Shown here one piece after another: positions 1 to 8,251 of a DNA stretch of 64,000 nt. The notes beneath the pieces are model-generated. The model made no database searches and was not told where the DNA came from. It saw only the letters and a program-made list of their open reading frames with translations. How positions within the stretch are numbered: position 1 is the first letter of the stretch; every line of letters begins with the position of its first letter. Origin of the DNA: a virus (taxonomy: Duplodnaviria > Caudoviricetes); the IMG/VR virus record IMGVR_UViG_2775507102_000001, positions 274 to 64,273 of that record, one strand, 5' to 3'. The translations under genes and the position numbers were made by a program.

Positions 1-46
1 ACCGCACTGTACTGCGGTCGCGCGGTGTACTGCGGGTATCTAGCGT
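1..46 (+). promoter_or_regulatory. Putative promoter/operator of the small GntR gene
   Basis: ACCGCA-N6-TGCGGT inverted repeat (1-18), TGTACTGCGG twice (8-17, 26-35), -10-like TAGCGT (41-46) 7 nt before GTG at 54. Confidence 0.4.
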
Positions 47-53
47 CAACCGT

Positions 54-296
54 GTGAGCGTTGATCTTGACCGGACTCGGCCGATCTGGAGACAGATCGC
101 GGCCATCATCACTGGCCGCATCGAAGACGGCACCTACCCGGCCGGCTCCAAGGTTCCCTCCGTCGTGGACATCAGCACCGAGTTCGAGGTGGCGGCCAGC
201 ACCGCCCAGAAAGTGCTCCGCCACCTGAAGGACGAGGGCCTGGTGCGGGCCGAGGTCGGGCTGGGGACGTTCGTGCAGGAGAAGCCGAAGCCATAG
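54..296 (+). CDS. GntR-family winged-helix regulator (DNA-binding domain only)
   Basis: 80 aa; IWRQIAAIITGRIEDGTYPAGSKVPS...FEVAASTAQK...L.DEGLV....GLGTFV is the GntR wHTH pattern. Confidence 0.9.
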   Translation: MSVDLDRTRPIWRQIAAIITGRIEDGTYPAGSKVPSVVDISTEFEVAASTAQKVLRHLKDEGLVRAEVGLGTFVQEKPKP

Positions 297-330
297 CCCG
301 CTGTCAGAGGGGAGCACTACCCTGATCGGC

Positions 331-510
331 ATGCCCACCTCTCCCCCGTCTTCGGGGTCCGCGCGCTCTGTCGAGGAGCTGAACGCGGCGATCCGTGCGC
401 TGTTCTCGCACCGGGATGCGCGGCTGACGGATGAGCAGCGGGAGGAGTATCGGCGGCTGCTCGCCGAGCTGAGGCAGGTCGAGCGCGGGGACGTCACGAC
501 CGCCGCTTAA
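331..510 (+). CDS. Small hypothetical protein (59 aa, not in ORF track)
   Basis: MPTSPPSSGSARSVEELNAAIRALFSHRDARLTDEQREEYRRLLAELRQVERGDVTTAA; -10-like TACCCT 7 nt upstream. Confidence 0.7.
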   Translation: MPTSPPSSGSARSVEELNAAIRALFSHRDARLTDEQREEYRRLLAELRQVERGDVTTAA

Positions 511-521
511 GATCCTGGCTC

Positions 522-725
522 GTGAGCGACATCGAGTTCCCCGACGCCCTGATAGCCCTAGAGCGCGCCGCCTGGGAGGAGCACCAGGCCGGGCGGCTCA
601 CCGTCGCCACCGCCAACGCCGTGCAGGACGCCATCACCGCGCACGCTGAGGCAACCGGGCTGCCGCGGGTCGAGGTCGAGATGGCGCTCAAGCGGGCCGT
701 GCGGCACGCGGAGACGGCCGACTAG
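522..725 (+). CDS. Small hypothetical protein
   Basis: 67 aa helical ORF, GC-rich third positions, -10-like TAAGAT upstream. Confidence 0.7.
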   Translation: MSDIEFPDALIALERAAWEEHQAGRLTVATANAVQDAITAHAEATGLPRVEVEMALKRAVRHAETAD

Positions 726-732
726 AGTCGGA

Positions 733-972
733 TCACAGGCTGCCCTCGACCACGGCCCGGGTCGCCCCAACAATCCGCCCGAGCTTCACAGTCACACACT
801 CCTCGTTGAGGCCGTCGACCGTAAGCACGGGATCGTTCGGCTGCACCCAGCCGAAGTGAGTGGTGGTGCGCACGCTGTCGCCGACCATCTCGGTCAGCTT
901 GACCGTCGCCTCACCCTGGGGATTCCAGGAAATTTCGATCTCCTGCTCCGGAAAATCCGGTTCGAACGCCAA
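733..972 (-). CDS. Hypothetical protein (79 aa, TTG start)
   Basis: GGGAGG RBS before TTG at 972; natural-looking composition, lower GC. Confidence 0.5.
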   Translation of the reverse strand: MAFEPDFPEQEIEISWNPQGEATVKLTEMVGDSVRTTTHFGWVQPNDPVLTVDGLNEECVTVKLGRIVGATRAVVEGSL

Positions 973-1079
973 AGCCCCTCCCGGGTTGCAGCCCCGCCCT
1001 GGGTTCCACGCCGGGCGGGGCGCCAGCAACTCAGCAAACCCGACTTGATCGAAAGCGATGCAATGCCGGAGACCTCAGG

Positions 1080-1295
1080 CTACGCGCCGCCACTGACAAC
1101 GGGACGGCGAGTCGACAGCACGTAAGTGCCCGCACCGAAGCCCTGCCGCGCGGCCCGCTGGGTATCCACCCGCAGCTTCGCGACGCTGTCCGCCATGGGC
1201 CGCAGGCACTCCAACTGGATCACTGGCGCGGGCGGGTAGTGCCGGTCGAGTTGCTTCAGCGCGCGCTCGGGGTTCGGGTACGGGCGGTACGACAT
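1080..1295 (-). CDS. Small hypothetical protein (MSYRPYPNPERAL...)
   Basis: GGAGG RBS before ATG 1295; 71 aa. Confidence 0.65.
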   Translation of the reverse strand: MSYRPYPNPERALKQLDRHYPPAPVIQLECLRPMADSVAKLRVDTQRAARQGFGAGTYVLSTRRPVVSGGA

Positions 1296-1332
1296 GGGCG
1301 CCTCCTCGCGTCGCCGCCAGGATGGCAGACGG

Positions 1333-1542
1333 TCACGCCTCATCTGGCCACTCCGTCAACACGGCGCCGGTGTCCTCGTCGACGAGGGTGACGCGGGCGT
1401 CGGGCAGGGTGCCGTGCTCGCCGATCCACCGCGTGAACTTGGAGCGGGCCACGGGCTCGCTCCCCCACCAGCCGTGCATCACCGGACGGCCGGCGGAGGT
1501 GAGGGTGAGGTGGTAGCGCTCGGGGCTGTGGTTGCTGCTCAC
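1333..1542 (-). CDS. Small hypothetical protein (69 aa, probably leaderless)
   Basis: RYHLTLTSAGRPVMHGWW...VTLVDEDTGAVLTEWP; -10 TAGGGT 7 nt upstream of GTG 1542. Confidence 0.7.
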   Translation of the reverse strand: MSSNHSPERYHLTLTSAGRPVMHGWWGSEPVARSKFTRWIGEHGTLPDARVTLVDEDTGAVLTEWPDEA

Positions 1543-1549
1543 GGCGACC

Positions 1550-1574
1550 ACCCTAGACTCGAACACATGAACGA
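1550..1574. promoter_or_regulatory. Overlapping divergent -10 boxes plus LexA (SOS) box-like motif
   Basis: TAGACT (+, 1554-1559), TAGGGT (-, 1555-1550), TCGAAC-ACAT-GAACGA (1559-1574). Confidence 0.6.
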
Positions 1575-1905
1575 CATGCCGCCTGAGGAGCGTCTCACGA
1601 AGCTAACCGCTTTGGAGGAGTGGCTGGACTACCAGCTGCGCACCACCCGGGCGAAGATCCGCACGCTTGAGGCGGAGCTGGAGCGAGGACAGCGGCAGGC
1701 GCAGCGGGCGCGCGACGAAGCCCGGTGGAAACTAGAGCCGGCACGCGACAGACGCACCGTGCTGCACCGCGGCGGCTGCGGCATCTGGACGGGCGACCAC
1801 GGATTCCTCACCCGTGACGAGGCACTGCTGGCACTGGGGGACGAGAGCCTGCACGTAGAAATGTGCCAGGCCTGCAACCCGGAGCCCGGCCTGCGGGGGA
1901 CGTGA
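1567..1905 (+). CDS. DUF6233-like protein (coiled coil + C-terminal His/Cys metal site)
   Basis: 112 aa; W.LEPAR....VLHRGGC...........EALLAL.......CQACNPEPGL. Confidence 0.75.
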   Translation: MNDMPPEERLTKLTALEEWLDYQLRTTRAKIRTLEAELERGQRQAQRARDEARWKLEPARDRRTVLHRGGCGIWTGDHGFLTRDEALLALGDESLHVEMCQACNPEPGLRGT

Positions 1906-1943
1906 CAGCGCCCGCCGAGACGGGGGATGCTCGGCGGGCGCTG
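1906..1943 (+). terminator. Stem-loop after DUF6233-like gene
   Basis: Perfect 14-bp stem CAGCGCCCGCCGAG / CTCGGCGGGCGCTG, 10-nt loop. Confidence 0.6.
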
Positions 1944-2053
1944 CGGCCAGTGTGGCACGCCCTCCTGACAGGACGGCCGTCTTCCGCGTACCGTGGCCGC
2001 ACCGATCTGGGGAGGCATCATGGACGACGACACGACCTGGGGCTAAGCCCCGG

Positions 2054-2091
2054 ACAGCAGAACGCCCCCGCAGCCGACTGGCTGCGGGGGC
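2054..2091 (-). terminator. Intrinsic terminator downstream of recombinase
   Basis: 12-bp stem (2064-2075/2080-2091) followed on minus strand by GTTCTGCTGT. Confidence 0.7.
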
Positions 2092-2101
2092 ATTGTCGTG
2101 G

Positions 2102-3142
2102 TCAGGATCGATTGTCGCGCGGGAGCAGCGGGTTGTTGCGGCGCCGGTCGGCCGGGCGGACGTAGGTGAGCACCTGTGTCGAGTTCTTGCTCCAGCGTCC
2201 GTGCTCGGCAATGAAGGGCACGGGGACGCCGCGCTCCGCGGCATCGGTCGGCGCCCCGGCTCGAAGGCCGTGCGCGGTCATCCGTTCCGCGTCCGTCAGC
2301 TTGGCGTCCTTGGCCAGTCGCTTCACGATCTCGTTCACCGTCTCGCCGGTCATGCCGGCGCCGACGTTGCCCCATACGTCGATACTCCGCAGGAGCCGAC
2401 CCTCTGTAATGCCATGCTCGGCCAGCCCTTCAAGATAGGAGTTCACGATGGCCCGGGCGTCGATGTCCGGCGCGATGGCCCTGGGGATGTCGATGTCTTC
2501 TCCGTGGGCGCTGGTGTCGGTCTTCGACATGGGGATGAAGACGGTTACCCACTCGTCTGCGACCGTCAGCTGGTCGATGGTGACGGAGGCGAGCTCTGAG
2601 CGGCGGCCCATGAGTCCGTATCCCAGAACGAGAATGGTTGCGTCTCGTCGGCCGCTGAGGGAGCCGGTGTCGCACTGGGCCAGTAGGAGGCGCAGTACGT
2701 CGAGGGTCACGGGTTTGGCTCGCCGAGGGCGCCAGCCGTCGCGCGCGCGGTCCTGCCGGTGCACTTTGATCAGGTCTCGGGCGGCCCTGGAGTTGGGTTG
2801 CCCTTCGAAACCTGCACGGAAGTGCGCGGTTCGGACCGCAGAGAGGGCCTGGTCGAGGCTGGCTGGCGAGTACGGCTTGCCGGTCGCCTGGGACGTGGAG
2901 CGCATGAGGTATCCGATGAACTCGGCGATCGTCTCGGCGGTCATCGGCAGCGGAGTGCGCCCCTCTCGCTCGCACCAGGCGAGGGCCATGTTCCACCAGC
3001 GCGCGTAGGCGCGTTCCGTGTTGGCCGCAGTGGCGCGCTTGAGGTCTTCTGCGGTCTCGCCTGAGATGTGGCGGTCCCTGGCAGCTGACGGCTGTGCGGT
3101 CGGGACGAACTCCACTTCCACCGGTTCGAGTTCACTCGCCAA
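2102..3142 (-). CDS. Cre-like tyrosine recombinase
   Basis: 346 aa; TTG start with AAAGGAG RBS; motifs RRDATILVLGY..GRRSEL, KTD, HGLRAG, HGRW, Y in VLTYVR; NTERAYARWW-type N-terminal domain. Confidence 0.9.
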   Translation of the reverse strand: MASELEPVEVEFVPTAQPSAARDRHISGETAEDLKRATAANTERAYARWWNMALAWCEREGRTPLPMTAETIAEFIGYLMRSTSQATGKPYSPASLDQALSAVRTAHFRAGFEGQPNSRAARDLIKVHRQDRARDGWRPRRAKPVTLDVLRLLLAQCDTGSLSGRRDATILVLGYGLMGRRSELASVTIDQLTVADEWVTVFIPMSKTDTSAHGEDIDIPRAIAPDIDARAIVNSYLEGLAEHGITEGRLLRSIDVWGNVGAGMTGETVNEIVKRLAKDAKLTDAERMTAHGLRAGAPTDAAERGVPVPFIAEHGRWSKNSTQVLTYVRPADRRRNNPLLPRDNRS

Positions 3143-3245
3143 GTTCGGCTCCTTTATGGAAGTTTGTGTAGAACTAGCATACGCCCGACGGTCGTTGATA
3201 TGTGTGGGTTATCGAGAGTGGTACGGCTTAACTCGGCGCCCAGAC

Positions 3246-3280
3246 ACAGCAGAACGCCCCCTCCCGAAGGAGGGGGCGTT
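3246..3280 (-). terminator. Intrinsic terminator ending the late/lysis operon
   Basis: 12-bp stem AACGCCCCCTCC-CGAA-GGAGGGGGCGTT, then CTGCTGT on minus strand. Confidence 0.75.
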
Positions 3281-3282
3281 AC

Positions 3283-3381
3283 TCATTCGTCGTCGGCCGG
3301 CGGCATGGGGGGCGGTTCGCGAAACGGCCAGCGCGACAGATACAACGGCGTGCCGGGATCGTCTTCCGGGACTGGGGGCAT
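3283..3381 (-). CDS. Proline-rich micro-ORF (32 aa, not in ORF track)
   Basis: GGAGG RBS; MPPVPEDDPGTPLYLSRWPFREPPPMPPADDE; stop abuts terminator. Confidence 0.5.
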   Translation of the reverse strand: MPPVPEDDPGTPLYLSRWPFREPPPMPPADDE

Positions 3382-3389
3382 GGGGCCTC

Positions 3390-3701
3390 CTACTTACTGG
3401 CCGGCGTCGTGGGCTTGGTCTTCCGTGGGGCTTTGATCCAGCGCTGTACGGCGGCGACGGTGGCCGGGTCGAGGCTGGCGACGGCCCGGGCGGCGGCCTG
3501 GTCGTCGGCCGCCGTCTCGACCCCGGCCTCCATGAGGGCAGCGGACAGGAGCGCAGCCTCCTTCTCGTCGACCGGGTCCGGGGTAGGCGCTGGCGCGGAC
3601 GCGGGTACGGGCTGGGGTTCGGCCTCCCCCAACTGCACGAGCGACCGCATGTCCGCTGCCGTGTCGTCCCGGCGCGGCTGAAGCGGGATCGGGTCGGACA
3701 T
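3390..3701 (-). CDS. Hypothetical protein (103 aa)
   Basis: GGAGG RBS before ATG 3701; MSDPIPLQPRRDD... Confidence 0.7.
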   Translation of the reverse strand: MSDPIPLQPRRDDTAADMRSLVQLGEAEPQPVPASAPAPTPDPVDEKEAALLSAALMEAGVETAADDQAAARAVASLDPATVAAVQRWIKAPRKTKPTTPASK

Positions 3702-3709
3702 GCGGCCTC

Positions 3710-4414
3710 CTACGGGTATTGGCGGCGGTACGGGTCCACGCCGGCGGCGAGCGGTCCGGGCACGTCGGGTCCGGGTTCCTCTCCGCCGGTCTGGCGGCAG
3801 GTGTAGTGGCTGGAGCCGTCGCCGTCCGGAGTGCAGGTGTAGGTGGCGCCCCGGTACTCGAATGTCCAGCTCGATGGCGCGGGTCCTGCGGGGCCTTGTT
3901 CGCCGCGCTCGCCCTGCGGTCCGGGCGGTCCAGCAGGGCCTGCCTCTCCCTGTGGGCCTGCCGGTCCAGCTGGCCCGGCTTCGCCGTTGGCGCCTGGGCT
4001 TCCGGCCGGTCCCGGTTCTCCGGGGGTGCCCGGGGCTCCGGTCGCCGAGGTGCCGTCTGCTCCGTCGTCTCCGTCGCGACCGGGCTTCCCTGGCGACCCG
4101 CTCGGGCCGGGTGCACCTGACGGGCCCGGTTGTCCAGGCTCGCCGGGCTCCCCCTGCTGGCCTGGCGGCCCGGTCACCGAAGCGCCTGGCTCCCCCCGTG
4201 AGCCGGACGGGCCGGCCACCGGAGTGCCGCCGAGGCGCTGCACCTGGTTGGCAAGGGCGTCGCGGGCGGCTCGCTCGTATCGCAGTTGCTGTGCTTGGTC
4301 GACGACGAGCACGACGAGCACGGCGAACAGGGTAAGCGCGAGGAGGGCGGTGAGGCCGATGAGCCATTCGGCGCGCGGCAGCCGGAGCGTGCGGCGCTTG
4401 TGGAGGCCGGTCAC
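3710..4414 (-). CDS. Membrane-anchored collagen-like protein in lysis cassette
   Basis: N-terminal hydrophobic helix, long interrupted Gly-X-Y run, C-terminal two-Cys motif; GTG overlaps upstream stop. Confidence 0.85.
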   Translation of the reverse strand: MTGLHKRRTLRLPRAEWLIGLTALLALTLFAVLVVLVVDQAQQLRYERAARDALANQVQRLGGTPVAGPSGSRGEPGASVTGPPGQQGEPGEPGQPGPSGAPGPSGSPGKPGRDGDDGADGTSATGAPGTPGEPGPAGSPGANGEAGPAGPAGPQGEAGPAGPPGPQGERGEQGPAGPAPSSWTFEYRGATYTCTPDGDGSSHYTCRQTGGEEPGPDVPGPLAAGVDPYRRQYP

Positions 4415-4761
4415 TTCGCCACCACCGCCCAGATTGCGACAGCCGCCGACATGAGCGCCAGCAGCACCGGGATCACCGCTTGGTAGAGGCGCTTTTGCCT
4501 CTCCTGCTCGCGCCGATCCCGCTCCGCCAGCTGGTACGCCTCGAAGGCGTTCTCCAGCGCGTCACGCGCGTCCGCGACCTTCTGGACGTCCTGGCTGATG
4601 GCGGTGATGCGCTGGTCGGTGTAGGCGGACTGGAGCGTGTAGACCTCGGTGGAAACCACCTTGTCGAGGCGGGCGTTGATGCCCTGCCCCATGGCCTGGA
4701 TCTCCTGGCGCAGGGCAGCGACCGCGCGCCCGAGTTCGCCGACGCTCAGCTCGTCGGGCAC
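4411..4761 (-). CDS. Coiled-coil protein with C-terminal TM helix (lysis-cassette membrane protein)
   Basis: 116 aa; [22 protein letters not shown] terminus. Confidence 0.8.
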   Translation of the reverse strand: MPDELSVGELGRAVAALRQEIQAMGQGINARLDKVVSTEVYTLQSAYTDQRITAISQDVQKVADARDALENAFEAYQLAERDRREQERQKRLYQAVIPVLLALMSAAVAIWAVVAK

Positions 4762-4773
4762 GTGCTACTCCTG

Positions 4774-5130
4774 TCAGACGCCCCGCGGACCGGCGGGCGC
4801 GGACGGGCTAGAGGGGGTCACCTGCACTCGGGTCAGCAGGGTGAGCAGGGCCAGCACGAAGGTGTTGATGGCGCCGACGGTGCCCTGGCTGACCTCGTAA
4901 CCGAACGCGGCGACGGCAGTGGCGCCGGCCGCGACGATCGCGGTGAACGCCTGAGGCGCGATCGGCCGTGTCATCGCGGCGGCGATACCGCCGAGGATCG
5001 CGGAGACCAGGGCAACGATGACACCAGCCTGCTCGGCGGTCAGGCTCGTCACGCCGAGGCTGACGACGAGACCGAGCACCGCAGACAGGGTGTTTAGTAC
5101 GACGACCGGCTCTCTGCCGAAGATGCGCAT
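4774..5130 (-). CDS. Holin (about 4 TM helices)
   Basis: MRIFGREPVVVLNTLSAVLGLVV...; 118 aa hydrophobic, directly after endolysin. Confidence 0.8.
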   Translation of the reverse strand: MRIFGREPVVVLNTLSAVLGLVVSLGVTSLTAEQAGVIVALVSAILGGIAAAMTRPIAPQAFTAIVAAGATAVAAFGYEVSQGTVGAINTFVLALLTLLTRVQVTPSSPSAPAGPRGV

Positions 5131-5132
5131 GG

Positions 5133-5903
5133 TCAGGACTCCTTCGTGATGGCGGCCCGCAGCTGGGCGACCTCGGTTCGCAGTGCCTTGAGTTCGGTGA
5201 GGATGGCGACGGTGTTCTCGGCGGACTTGCGGGAGTGCGCGTAGCCGGAGCCAAGCGCCACGTCCACGGGGATCTGTCGGTCTTGGAGCCCCTTGTCGTT
5301 GGGCCAGTACTTGGGGATCCAGTCGCCGAGCTTGATGTGGTCGCTGAGCTTCATCTCTGCCTCCGTCGAGGGCTTGGGTGCGGCCGGGGTCGGGGCGGCG
5401 GGCCGTGGCGCGCCGGCCTTGATCCAGGCGTAGATGACGTCGCCGGGGCAGCTGGTGGCGTAGCCGTCGCGGTGGCCGCCGATCCACGTCCCGGCGGGGC
5501 CCTTCTCGCGGCAGTACTCGATGGCGTCGCGGGCGCCGTTGAGCTGGTCGTTCGTGGGCTTGGTCAGGCCGGAGGAGCCGGCCATGAGGAGCACCGCGTA
5601 GTCCTGCTCGTTGAGCGTGGTGTTGCCGTTCGCCGAGTTGCGGCGGTGCAGGCCGCGGCCTTCGTACACGTAGCCGTGGGTGCAGACGACGAAGCTGTAG
5701 CCGATGTCGGACCAGCCGTTGCCGTCCATGTGCTGGGCCTGGATCTGTCGGACGTAGTCGTCGCACTTGTCGTGCGGCCTGTCCGCGTAGGCGGTGCCGA
5801 GGTAGTGGAGCTTCACGCCGCGACGGGGGCGGCTGTACGGGGTGGCGCCGTTGGGCATGCGGTAGGCGCGGGCGCCCCACTGGGATCTGGGGATGAGCTT
5901 CAC
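5133..5903 (-). CDS. Endolysin, N-acetylmuramoyl-L-alanine amidase (PGRP/Amidase_2-like)
   Basis: LHY, HMDGNGWSDIGYSF, VYEGRG, GHRDGYATSCPG; Pro/Ala linker and C-terminal tail. Confidence 0.9.
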   Translation of the reverse strand: MKLIPRSQWGARAYRMPNGATPYSRPRRGVKLHYLGTAYADRPHDKCDDYVRQIQAQHMDGNGWSDIGYSFVVCTHGYVYEGRGLHRRNSANGNTTLNEQDYAVLLMAGSSGLTKPTNDQLNGARDAIEYCREKGPAGTWIGGHRDGYATSCPGDVIYAWIKAGAPRPAAPTPAAPKPSTEAEMKLSDHIKLGDWIPKYWPNDKGLQDRQIPVDVALGSGYAHSRKSAENTVAILTELKALRTEVAQLRAAITKES

Positions 5904-5924
5904 GCGTCCCCCTTTCTGGGCGGG

Positions 5925-6545
5925 TTAGAGGCTGACGGTGACGCCGTTGAAGCCGATCCACGGAGGTTTCGTTGTGCTGCTGAACCCGAACACCTCGAGG
6001 TAGCCGTCCACCCTGACGTCGAGCTTGAGGGCGATGCGGTCACTGGAGACGTCGGAGCAGGGGATCAGCACGGTCCGCAGCGTCGACGGCCGCACGGCGC
6101 TGGGGAGGGCAGTGTTGTTGACGACGTAGCTGCCCGTCGGTGACGTCGGGTACGAGGATCGGCCGAGCGCCCCGCGGAACTGCAGGGACTCCTCGCCGGA
6201 GATGTTGAGGAGCCGGTACTGGAAGGCGCCGTTGTTGTTGCCGTTCTGCGTCCAGGGCGACTCGGGCGTGATGGTCGTCCACGAGGAGCGGCCCACGGAT
6301 ACGGCTACCCAGGTGCTGCCGTCCCACAGGTCGAGGCGGTTGACGTCCTGCAGCCACGTCAGCATGCCCTCGACCGGGCCCGAGGCTCCGGCGAGCGTCG
6401 CGCCGCGGGTAATGGCGGAGGAGAAGCGCAGGATGCTGCGCTGGGCGATCGCATTGACGATGTCCTTCGCCAGCTTCGATGCGTCGGGGGCGTCGGTGAG
6501 GGAGGCGATGTTGATGCCTTGCCCGTAGTCGTCCGGTGTGGGCAC
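5925..6545 (-). CDS. Minor tail protein
   Basis: 206 aa beta-rich, last gene of tail module. Confidence 0.75.
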   Translation of the reverse strand: MPTPDDYGQGINIASLTDAPDASKLAKDIVNAIAQRSILRFSSAITRGATLAGASGPVEGMLTWLQDVNRLDLWDGSTWVAVSVGRSSWTTITPESPWTQNGNNNGAFQYRLLNISGEESLQFRGALGRSSYPTSPTGSYVVNNTALPSAVRPSTLRTVLIPCSDVSSDRIALKLDVRVDGYLEVFGFSSTTKPPWIGFNGVTVSL

Positions 6546-6554
6546 GCGCCCCTC

Positions 6555-7157
6555 CTAGATGGTGTAGCTGAGGCCGTCGAGGGACACCCACGTCGGCAAG
6601 TTCGTGGACTGGAAGGTGCGCAGCGCCCCGGCCGCGGTGATTTCCAGACGGCACACGGCGGGCATCGCCCCGGCGTCGCGGGCGACCGCCCACGCCACGG
6701 CGACGCCCGGGCGGATGGCGGTCGGGATGGTGGCCAGGGTGTCGCCGTCAGGGATCGTGCCGGAGGTGGGTCCGATGCGGCCCCGCATCCAGATGCGGCG
6801 ACCTTCGCGCATCCAGCTGGCGGTATAGCCGTGGCCGGGGTTGGTGTATCCGGCCGCCAGGGCGAGCGTGGTCCATCCGCTGACGGTGGCGAGGGTGCCC
6901 ATCGCCAGCCAGTTGCCGCTGCTGGACTGGTCGATGCGGATGACGTCGCCGACGGCCGGCAGGGTGTAAGTGTCGATGCAGCGAATGTCGTCGATCCCGT
7001 CGGCGTCGACGGTGCCGTTCGGGTTCACGGCGGTGACAGTGGCGAGGCGCCAGTCGGAGCCACGCACGGCCGGGCTGTTGGCGCCCGCGCGGACCGCTTC
7101 GGTGGCCTGGAAGTCGGCGTATTCGCGGGCATGGGCGAAGAGGCTCTTGTCGCTCAC
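6555..7157 (-). CDS. Minor tail protein
   Basis: 200 aa; OB-like N-terminus (ATVTAVNPNGTV) and C-terminal beta domain similar to neighbour. Confidence 0.75.
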   Translation of the reverse strand: MSDKSLFAHAREYADFQATEAVRAGANSPAVRGSDWRLATVTAVNPNGTVDADGIDDIRCIDTYTLPAVGDVIRIDQSSSGNWLAMGTLATVSGWTTLALAAGYTNPGHGYTASWMREGRRIWMRGRIGPTSGTIPDGDTLATIPTAIRPGVAVAWAVARDAGAMPAVCRLEITAAGALRTFQSTNLPTWVSLDGLSYTI

Positions 7158-8248
7158 GCGTCCTCCTTCGCCGAGATCGTCGAGATCGGGAAGTCGCCAC
7201 CCAGGTCGAGCGGCACGGAGAAGCTCGCGACCTGGTGGAGCTCGCGGCTGCCGTCCTCGTGCGTCACGCGGATGACGTCGCCGGGCTCGAGCGCAGGGTT
7301 CGGCAGGGCGGAGATGTCCCCGCTCGCGTTCGGCGCCCGGGCGGCGGCCAGCTTCAGGTTCGCGGCCTGCGCGCAGGCGTTGGTCGTGGTGAGCGTCGAC
7401 GAGCTGTAGAACATCGGCCTGCGGCCATACGGGCCCGACCAGTAGGTGGGGCTCGTCGGGTCGGTGTCGACGGCCAGGTAGGAGACCGGCGGGACGTTCT
7501 CAGAGGTGTTCTCGCCGCGCGCGAGCACGCCGTTGTAGACGCCGTCGCTACTCATGGCCCGGTTGCCGGAGATGTAGACGCCACCCTCGGTGGCCTCGAC
7601 CGCCCACACGGGGGTGGTCGTGAGCAGGTCTGGAAGCGTGGAGATGACGAAGACTCCGTCGGCGTTGGCGTACACCTCGGCGCCGGCCGCCGCCGCGACC
7701 TCCTGCGCGCCGGCCCACGGATCCGCTTCCACGTCGAAGACGCGGGAGCCGATGGGCTGGTCGACGATCAGGCTGATGACGTCGGCGGTGGGGATGCTGC
7801 GCTGGATGAGTGCGGCGACCGCACCGGCGACGGTCCCGGACACCTTGAACGGCGCGGTGAATTTGTCGTCGGCGACGACCGCCTCAAGGCCCTTGCCCTG
7901 CAAGGTGACGGGCCCTTCGGTGACGTCTCCGTCGACGGAGTCCAGCCGGAACACGCCGAGCGGCACGAGTTCGGTGTCGTTGGGGTTGCCGTACTCCACC
8001 CCGCGGGAGATCCGCAGCTTGGCCCCGTAGGTGGCGAGCTGGTCGGCGGGGGTGCGCGGGATGAGGGACGGGTCGGCGACGGTGACGGTGCACGTGCGGC
8101 GGATCGCCTGCGCCCGGTCGACGGTGACGCTGCCCCCGACATGCTCCAGGTCGATGACGCGGCCGTCGGTGAGGAACAGCTTGACCTCGGTGAGCGGCCG
8201 GTGGTCCTCGGCGAGCCGCGGCAGGAACCGGGCGCTGACGGGGTACAT
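7154..8248 (-). CDS. Minor tail / baseplate hub protein (DUF5047-like)
   Basis: 364 aa; GGSVTVDRAQAIRRTC, PNPALEPGDVIRV; synteny. Confidence 0.8.
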   Translation of the reverse strand: MYPVSARFLPRLAEDHRPLTEVKLFLTDGRVIDLEHVGGSVTVDRAQAIRRTCTVTVADPSLIPRTPADQLATYGAKLRISRGVEYGNPNDTELVPLGVFRLDSVDGDVTEGPVTLQGKGLEAVVADDKFTAPFKVSGTVAGAVAALIQRSIPTADVISLIVDQPIGSRVFDVEADPWAGAQEVAAAAGAEVYANADGVFVISTLPDLLTTTPVWAVEATEGGVYISGNRAMSSDGVYNGVLARGENTSENVPPVSYLAVDTDPTSPTYWSGPYGRRPMFYSSSTLTTTNACAQAANLKLAAARAPNASGDISALPNPALEPGDVIRVTHEDGSRELHQVASFSVPLDLGGDFPISTISAKEDA

Positions 8249-8251
8249 CGA

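Noticed and set aside
3178-3202. Imperfect inverted repeat upstream of recombinase as a lox-like site
   Set aside because: Only 8 of 12 positions pair and the spacer is 1 bp, unlike the 6-8 bp core of tyrosine recombinase sites
3710-4414. Collagen Gly-X-Y DNA periodicity as a separate repeat element
   Set aside because: Fully explained by the encoded collagen-like protein
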